Shown: piece by piece, positions 55,565-60,111 of the stretch
Layout of the letters: the number at the start of each line of letters is the position of its first letter
How positions within the stretch are numbered: position 1 is the stretch's first letter
From: a virus
Taxonomy: Duplodnaviria; Caudoviricetes
Virus record (IMG/VR): IMGVR_UViG_3300031774_000010
Span: 1 to 60,111 of that record
DNA: 60,111 nucleotides
Strand: one strand, 5' to 3'
Notes under the pieces: generated by a model
The model's input: only the letters and a program-made list of their open reading frames with translations
The model's database searches: none
What the model was told of the DNA's origin: nothing
Program-made: the position numbers and the translations under genes

Positions 55565-55881
55565 ATTTTTGGAATGTAACCTTTAGCTTGATTAATCAAA
55601 GGTAGAACTTCGGTTTCTACTTTCTCTGCAATTCTGTCAACAATACTTATATCAATATCCAAGAAAGGAGGGATAATTCCAAGCAGTCTTAAAGTACCGT
55701 CTAAGAATAACGCTAAGCAAATAAAGCCAAGGATCATACTAATAATTGTCGCCTTGAAATTGTGCTCTGCCATTGAAGCTTCGTCTATTGCTCTAGCCTC
55801 ATCTAAAGCAGCTGTAACCATGGCGTCTACTTCAGCTTTGGTATAAAAATCACCTATGAAAGGTATATCGTGTTTATCCAT
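55561..55881 (-). CDS. membrane protein
   Basis: Coiled coil, then TM segment and GIIPPF. Confidence 0.7.
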   Translation of the reverse strand: MDKHDIPFIGDFYTKAEVDAMVTAALDEARAIDEASMAEHNFKATIISMILGFICLALFLDGTLRLLGIIPPFLDIDISIVDRIAEKVETEVLPLINQAKGYIPKI

Positions 55882-55944
55882 ATTTATATTTTTGAGAATT
55901 TGTACTCAAGGTGTTTTTGGTATCAGATCGATTAAAGTTTTGAA

Positions 55945-56076
55945 ATGAACACACATGACCCAATCGAAAAGTATTTTGAATGCGTTTCTTATTGTTACTT
56001 AGAGGACGATGAAGAAACATGTCTCAACGTATGCGTGGAGGGCTTGAAGGATTCTCAATTTGGATCACATTCTTAA
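55945..56076 (+). CDS. small acidic twin-CX3C protein (43 aa)
   Basis: Manually read DPIEKYFECVSYCYLEDDEETCLNVCVEGLK. Confidence 0.6.
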   Translation: MNTHDPIEKYFECVSYCYLEDDEETCLNVCVEGLKDSQFGSHS

Positions 56077-56200
56077 TTGATTCTGACATTTCTCTATAAC
56101 CAGTCCCTACATAAATTTGTCCAGCAACTACAGATGCTGACATTAAACCCCAGAAGATGTAGTACCAAGAAGATTTGACTTGATGCATTCTGTTTTTCAT
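56024..56200 (-). CDS. small membrane protein (58 aa)
   Basis: Manually read QVKSSWYYIFWGLMSASVVAGQIYVGTGYREM; starts right after the polA stop. Confidence 0.65.
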   Translation of the reverse strand: MKNRMHQVKSSWYYIFWGLMSASVVAGQIYVGTGYREMSESIKNVIQIENPSSPPRIR

Positions 56201-58033
56201 TTAGTGAGTCTCCATCCAATTTTTACCTTCTTTGGCTTCACCAGTTAACGGACATTTTAAGTCAAAAAATTCTCCTGCTTTTTCAAAAGATTTAATTGCT
56301 AGGTCCTTATACACGGAAACGTGTTGAGGTTTTACTAGTGCTTGGATTTCATCGTGGATGTGAGCGACAAAAGCAAAATGACACCCCCATTTAAGTTTTG
56401 CTAAATGTAAATCTTTGTAGAGAATACAAGTAGCTTTTTTAACTGCAATTGCACCAGTTGATTGTAGTAACTGATTCAATGCACTATGGCGAGATCTTAT
56501 CTGTAAATGTCTACCATCTATTCCAGTTAAGTAACCACGTTCAACTACTCTCTCATCAACTTTATCTTTTAGTTTTTTAATTGCTGGTAAATTTTTATAG
56601 AAAGTATCAATAGTTTCTCTACCTAATTCTTGTTGCTCATGCTCACTTAAAGAGAAGTCTAAAATAGTGCCTAATTTTCTTGCTCCAGCACCATAAAGTA
56701 CTGCATAGATCAAAGTTTTTGCAAGCTCTCTCGTATTTTTACTTATATCTCCTTTACCATCAAATATTCCAAATAATTTTGCATTGTGAGTGTGTATATC
56801 GAAGCCATCTGTACTAACTAATTTAGCGTACTCTCCATCATCGAAGTATGCCAGTTGAGCACCTAATGCACGTAGTTCTAACCCACTAGCATCCGCTCCA
56901 ACTTGCACCCATCCAAAGGGTGCATAGAAGAGAGCACGGCACTCTGCGCCATAAGGTTGACCAACTCGCGGAATTTGGGCCACATTGGGACCCCGGTGTG
57001 AACATCTGCCCGACACACAGGCGTTGGTGATAACTGAACCATGTATTCTTCCATCTTTAAATTTTTGGCTATGTTTTACCCACGCTTCCTTACCCTCAGA
57101 TATTTGACCTAATCTCTTATTTAATAATTGGTATTTAGCTAAGAGAGCAGCTTCTGGGTATTTCTTACCAAGGATTTCCAATACGTCATCATCAAGTTTC
57201 GTATTACCTTTCTCTGTCTTGCTGAATGTGATGTCAGAGTATTTGTCACGTAATCTATCTGCTGTTTGTTTTCTTGAAGCTGGGTTAAATACTGTAACTT
57301 TATCTTTAAGTCTTTTTCCTGTTTTCTCCGAAATTCTTTCCTCTGTAATCGGTGGAAATGTCGCTTGAAGTTCATCATCAATCTCTTGTCTCTTAGTTTT
57401 TAATGTGTTAACTAAAGCGTAAGCTGCTTTTTCATTAAAAGGAAAACCAAAATCCTCTTGTAATGCCATGATACTTGCAAAATTATGCTCTAATTCGTAA
57501 CAAGTAGGGCTTAACTCTTGCGTCTGGAAATATTTATATAGTTCTAGTGATACTAAGGTGTCATTCTCACAGTACTTCTGCATTTCTGGAGTCCACTTGT
57601 CCCATTTATCTGCCCCCGTCTCTACTGGAAAATCAGATTTATTTACATTTAATCTTGCTCCCCATGCTCCTAAAGAATGTTTACCTTTATATTTTGAATC
57701 GATATGCGAAAACTTTTGTTCATCAACAGGCTCCATCTCTGGCCAAAGTACACGACTCATAATTAATGTGTCGCAAAGAATGCATCCTTTTTTCGTTTTA
57801 AAACGTGGATAAACAGTTTTTAATGCTCTTAAATCAAAATTAATTCCATTATGGAAAACAAGTAAGTCTGCCTGACTAATTAAATGTAAGCCATTTGTAA
57901 TAGGTTCATATCCTTCCTGATCTGCACAACTAATAACATCATTAGTATCAATATCTCTAAGCACTAGACTATGAACTCTGTCCAATTCATGGAGCAGACC
58001 GTTCGTTTCACAGTCGAGTACGTATCGGAGCAT
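56201..58033 (-). CDS. polA: DNA polymerase family A, T7-like, with 3'-5' exonuclease
   Basis: ExoI DCET, HNG.NFD, YCEND; motif A DASGLELR; motif B AKTLIYAVLYG; motif C IHDE. Confidence 0.97.
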   Translation of the reverse strand: MLRYVLDCETNGLLHELDRVHSLVLRDIDTNDVISCADQEGYEPITNGLHLISQADLLVFHNGINFDLRALKTVYPRFKTKKGCILCDTLIMSRVLWPEMEPVDEQKFSHIDSKYKGKHSLGAWGARLNVNKSDFPVETGADKWDKWTPEMQKYCENDTLVSLELYKYFQTQELSPTCYELEHNFASIMALQEDFGFPFNEKAAYALVNTLKTKRQEIDDELQATFPPITEERISEKTGKRLKDKVTVFNPASRKQTADRLRDKYSDITFSKTEKGNTKLDDDVLEILGKKYPEAALLAKYQLLNKRLGQISEGKEAWVKHSQKFKDGRIHGSVITNACVSGRCSHRGPNVAQIPRVGQPYGAECRALFYAPFGWVQVGADASGLELRALGAQLAYFDDGEYAKLVSTDGFDIHTHNAKLFGIFDGKGDISKNTRELAKTLIYAVLYGAGARKLGTILDFSLSEHEQQELGRETIDTFYKNLPAIKKLKDKVDERVVERGYLTGIDGRHLQIRSRHSALNQLLQSTGAIAVKKATCILYKDLHLAKLKWGCHFAFVAHIHDEIQALVKPQHVSVYKDLAIKSFEKAGEFFDLKCPLTGEAKEGKNWMETH

Positions 58034-58036
58034 GAT

Positions 58037-58270
58037 CTACTTTTGGTGTTTAAGTAGTTTAGCGATGTTCACTATATCAAGATTACTGGTTAAGTCGTTC
58101 TTTTTAAACCGTTCGTAAAGGTCTTTAATGGATGTTAAATCTCTAAGACAGAGTGCTCTTTCTAGACTATTCGGTTCTTTAATGTCTACAAGTTCGATTG
58201 CGCGTTTTCCTTTTGAAAGGCAGAGCACCTTTAAGGTCTCAGGATCATATAAAACGTAACCAACTTGCAT
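58037..58270 (-). CDS. hypothetical protein
   Basis: 77-aa ORF in operon. Confidence 0.65.
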   Translation of the reverse strand: MQVGYVLYDPETLKVLCLSKGKRAIELVDIKEPNSLERALCLRDLTSIKDLYERFKKNDLTSNLDIVNIAKLLKHQK

Positions 58271-58273
58271 GGC

Positions 58274-58558
58274 TTAATCCTTTATAGATTCATGATTAGG
58301 AATTGCCCTCATCAAAAATATATCTAATGCTACATGGAGTAAAAGTGGAACCATTTTAAAAGCAGGTTCAGGTAATCCTCCAAATAGTGCTGCTAGTTTG
58401 TCACTTAGATCTGTTCTATGTAGATCTTCAAATTCAACAGCCAACATATTTGCTACGTTTAAGAAGAAGTCCATTGGTTCTTCATCTTGATGTTTTAATT
58501 GTTCAACTATTTCCCAAAGTTGTGGGTCTGTTTGAATGAGTTTTAAAAGTTCTTCCAC
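58274..58558 (-). CDS. hypothetical protein
   Basis: 94-aa acidic helical ORF. Confidence 0.65.
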   Translation of the reverse strand: MEELLKLIQTDPQLWEIVEQLKHQDEEPMDFFLNVANMLAVEFEDLHRTDLSDKLAALFGGLPEPAFKMVPLLLHVALDIFLMRAIPNHESIKD

Positions 58559-58559
58559 A

Positions 58560-59183
58560 ATGACTCAACGAGTACGCCGCAAGTTTACAAGCTCTACATT
58601 TTGTGTTGATGGATATATCTGTAAAGTTTTTATAGAACCAGTAGAAAAATATACTTCAAATTTTTATATATGGAGTGCTGGGTTTGCTATTGGTAAATCA
58701 AAAAGGCAAATCAATGACTGGTATAAAAGAAGGAAAAATAAGCGTGCTCGTTCTTTAGAAGGAAAAATTAGTGGTAAAAGAGGAATAAAAATTATAAGAA
58801 AAGGTTTTCAAGAAATTTTAAAAATGAGGTGGTTAATAGAACCAGGTGATGCATTATCTGGAGTGTGTAGATCTGCAAAAACAGAGAAGGAATTTAACGC
58901 TTTTTATAGATGGGCAAAAAAACATCCAGAGATAATAATTAATTATCTTAATAAAGAATTTATTTGGTATCGTCCTCCATTTCCAAATGATCCTGTGAGA
59001 AAACATTTTAAAATTATTCCTCTTACACCTTCTAATAAATTAATTAGTACTACTGGGTCTTCTTATTATGACTGTTTTCTTGTTCGTCCAAAAGTTGAAG
59101 GTAATTCTCTATCCATGGAGCAAATAACTGATCTACTATCCCCGGTTCTAGCCACTGCGCCATTCGAGGAAACGCCCACTTAA
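58560..59183 (+). CDS. basic hypothetical protein
   Basis: ORF 58536..59183; ATG at 58560 avoids head-to-head overlap. Confidence 0.6.
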   Translation: MTQRVRRKFTSSTFCVDGYICKVFIEPVEKYTSNFYIWSAGFAIGKSKRQINDWYKRRKNKRARSLEGKISGKRGIKIIRKGFQEILKMRWLIEPGDALSGVCRSAKTEKEFNAFYRWAKKHPEIIINYLNKEFIWYRPPFPNDPVRKHFKIIPLTPSNKLISTTGSSYYDCFLVRPKVEGNSLSMEQITDLLSPVLATAPFEETPT

Positions 59184-59367
59184 GGGCTTCTTTTGATTCT
59201 TCAGTATCTTGTTCTAATAAATCTATTAATACTGCACCTAACCATTTACATGGCTCTAACTCTGGGTTTAAATATTTAGTCGATGGTAATAACGATTTTG
59301 CGTAATTTCCCTTCAGTGTCTCGTAGTTCGTAGATTTGGAACTCTCCATCACCGATCTCTGTATCAA
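59050..59367 (-). CDS. hypothetical protein, start uncertain
   Basis: ORF track; overlaps both neighbours. Confidence 0.4.
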   Translation of the reverse strand: MIQRSVMESSKSTNYETLKGNYAKSLLPSTKYLNPELEPCKWLGAVLIDLLEQDTEESKEALKWAFPRMAQWLEPGIVDQLFAPWIENYLQLLDEQENSHNKKTQ

Positions 59368-59506
59368 TAGCAGTATAGAGATTGTACTTGGGTAAGTTCA
59401 CTCTTCCGCATTCATTTACATAAAGATGAGTATGATCTAACACAGAGATCACACCAGAATCACTGGCTACCTTACCTATTAATTTTGGCTTAATATTTTT
59501 AGCCAC
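59276..59506 (-). CDS. hypothetical protein
   Basis: IG.V..DSG.I.V.D...GDGEF.IY pattern. Confidence 0.65.
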   Translation of the reverse strand: MAKNIKPKLIGKVASDSGVISVLDHTHLYVNECGRVNLPKYNLYTAIDTEIGDGEFQIYELRDTEGKLRKIVITID

Positions 59507-59537
59507 AAAAAAAAGACAACAACTATTATTATACGCA

Positions 59538-59650
59538 AGGGTCGTAGAAGAACAGTGTCAGACCCTAGAGGAAGGCACAATTTTTACTGTTTCTTGTGTC
59601 TAGCAATTGCGAATCCTACCGAGAAATAGCGGTGGGATTCCTTCCTCTAC
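59538..59650 (+). ncRNA. candidate structured non-coding RNA
   Basis: Four stems plus loop-loop complementarity; G-U wobbles favour the + strand. Confidence 0.55.
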
Positions 59651-59677
59651 AAATCTTAAGGTTTTCTTAACATTTAA

Positions 59678-59721
59678 TGTATCCGCGCAAACTGTATCAA
59701 TAACTACAAAAAGTGTATAGT
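59678..59721 (+). promoter_or_regulatory. NtcA box(es) adjacent to a -10 element
   Basis: TGTA-TCAATAAC-TACA at 59693-59708; weaker GTA-N8-AAC at 59679-59692; TATAGT at 59716. Confidence 0.7.
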
Positions 59722-59747
59722 TAAATTAAGCCATAAAGGAGCACACC

Positions 59748-59891
59748 ATGCCACGTTTAACTTACAGAGGTAATGTTTACCAACCATCAGAAAAGAAATC
59801 TGAAAAACTTAATCGTGTTGTAGGTTTACCTCACACTTATCGTGGAGCTGTGTACCATTACGAACCAGTAGAAAAGGAGAAAGTAGTATGA
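59748..59891 (+). CDS. DUF4278 family small protein (47 aa)
   Basis: Manually read MPRLTYRGNVY...HTYRGAVY; RBS AAGGAG. Confidence 0.85.
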   Translation: MPRLTYRGNVYQPSEKKSEKLNRVVGLPHTYRGAVYHYEPVEKEKVV

Positions 59892-60016
59892 ATCAACTAC
59901 CCAGCATTAGAAAACGCATGACAAAAGAGATGCGTCTTCATGAAGCACAACTAATTGCCGCAGTAGGATCAAATTTTAGGCAATTTAAAAAACCTACTAA
60001 ATTAAAAATCAAATAA
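59888..60016 (+). CDS. small basic helical protein (42 aa)
   Basis: Manually read MNQLPSIRKRMTKEMRLHEAQLIAA; RBS AAGGAG; ATGA overlap. Confidence 0.7.
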   Translation: MNQLPSIRKRMTKEMRLHEAQLIAAVGSNFRQFKKPTKLKIK

Positions 60017-60024
60017 GTTTTTAT

Positions 60025-60047
60025 CCCCGCCCAGTGCGGGGTTTTTT
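60025..60047 (+). terminator. intrinsic terminator
   Basis: CCCCGC-CCAGT-GCGGGG followed by TTTTTT. Confidence 0.9.
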
Positions 60048-60111
60048 ATGCACACCCTTTAATGTACTCTTCAGCCAATGCTTGATTTTGGTGGATTTTT
60101 TTAATGAATTT

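Noticed and set aside
55945-56076. cp12
   Set aside because: Lacks the CP12 C-terminal C-x8-C-x2-(Y/F)(D/E) arrangement
428-57812. Numerous short antisense or nested ORFs in the track (e.g. 2345..2686, 4179..4616, 11406..11729, 12725..13051, 46421..46630, 53240..53488)
   Set aside because: Shadows of well-supported genes on the other strand or frame, with no motifs or initiation signals
59722-59747. Glutamine riboswitch in the DUF4278 leader
   Set aside because: Leader after the -10 box is too short and no CGTT...GAACG-type core is visible
1-60111. tRNA, rRNA, integrase, transposase, psbA/psbD
   Set aside because: No recognisable cloverleaf or protein motif found by eye; absence applies only to this window and was not confirmed by software

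Overview
AT-rich segment of a dsDNA cyanophage genome. Three hli genes, a psbN-like gene, two nblA-like genes and a DUF4278 gene, plus the low GC, point to a marine picocyanobacterial host, most likely Prochlorococcus (inference). Positions 1-27 kb are a + strand morphogenesis block: Gly/Gln-rich putative internal or ejection proteins, an 11-residue-repeat protein, terminase, portal, scaffold, major capsid protein, fibres and chaperones. No sheath, tail tube or classical tape measure is recognisable. Positions 27-46 kb mix exported proteins, lysis genes, DNA-modification genes, a symmetric non-coding element and two more fibres. Positions 46-59 kb are mostly - strand host-takeover and replication genes (primase-polymerase/D5 helicase, PD-(D/E)XK nuclease, SSB, T7-like Pol A). 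Best leads: a ~54-copy hendecad protein that may form a DNA-delivery tube; an S74 chaperone split across two genes; a pseudoknot-capable ~115-nt structured RNA beside an NtcA-boxed DUF4278 operon; a 190-bp dyad beside a nuclease-dead double HNH protein; two GH24 lysozymes with reciprocal catalytic defects; and fibre genes with near-identical flanks around variable cassettes. All family calls come from motif recognition by eye; no searches were run.
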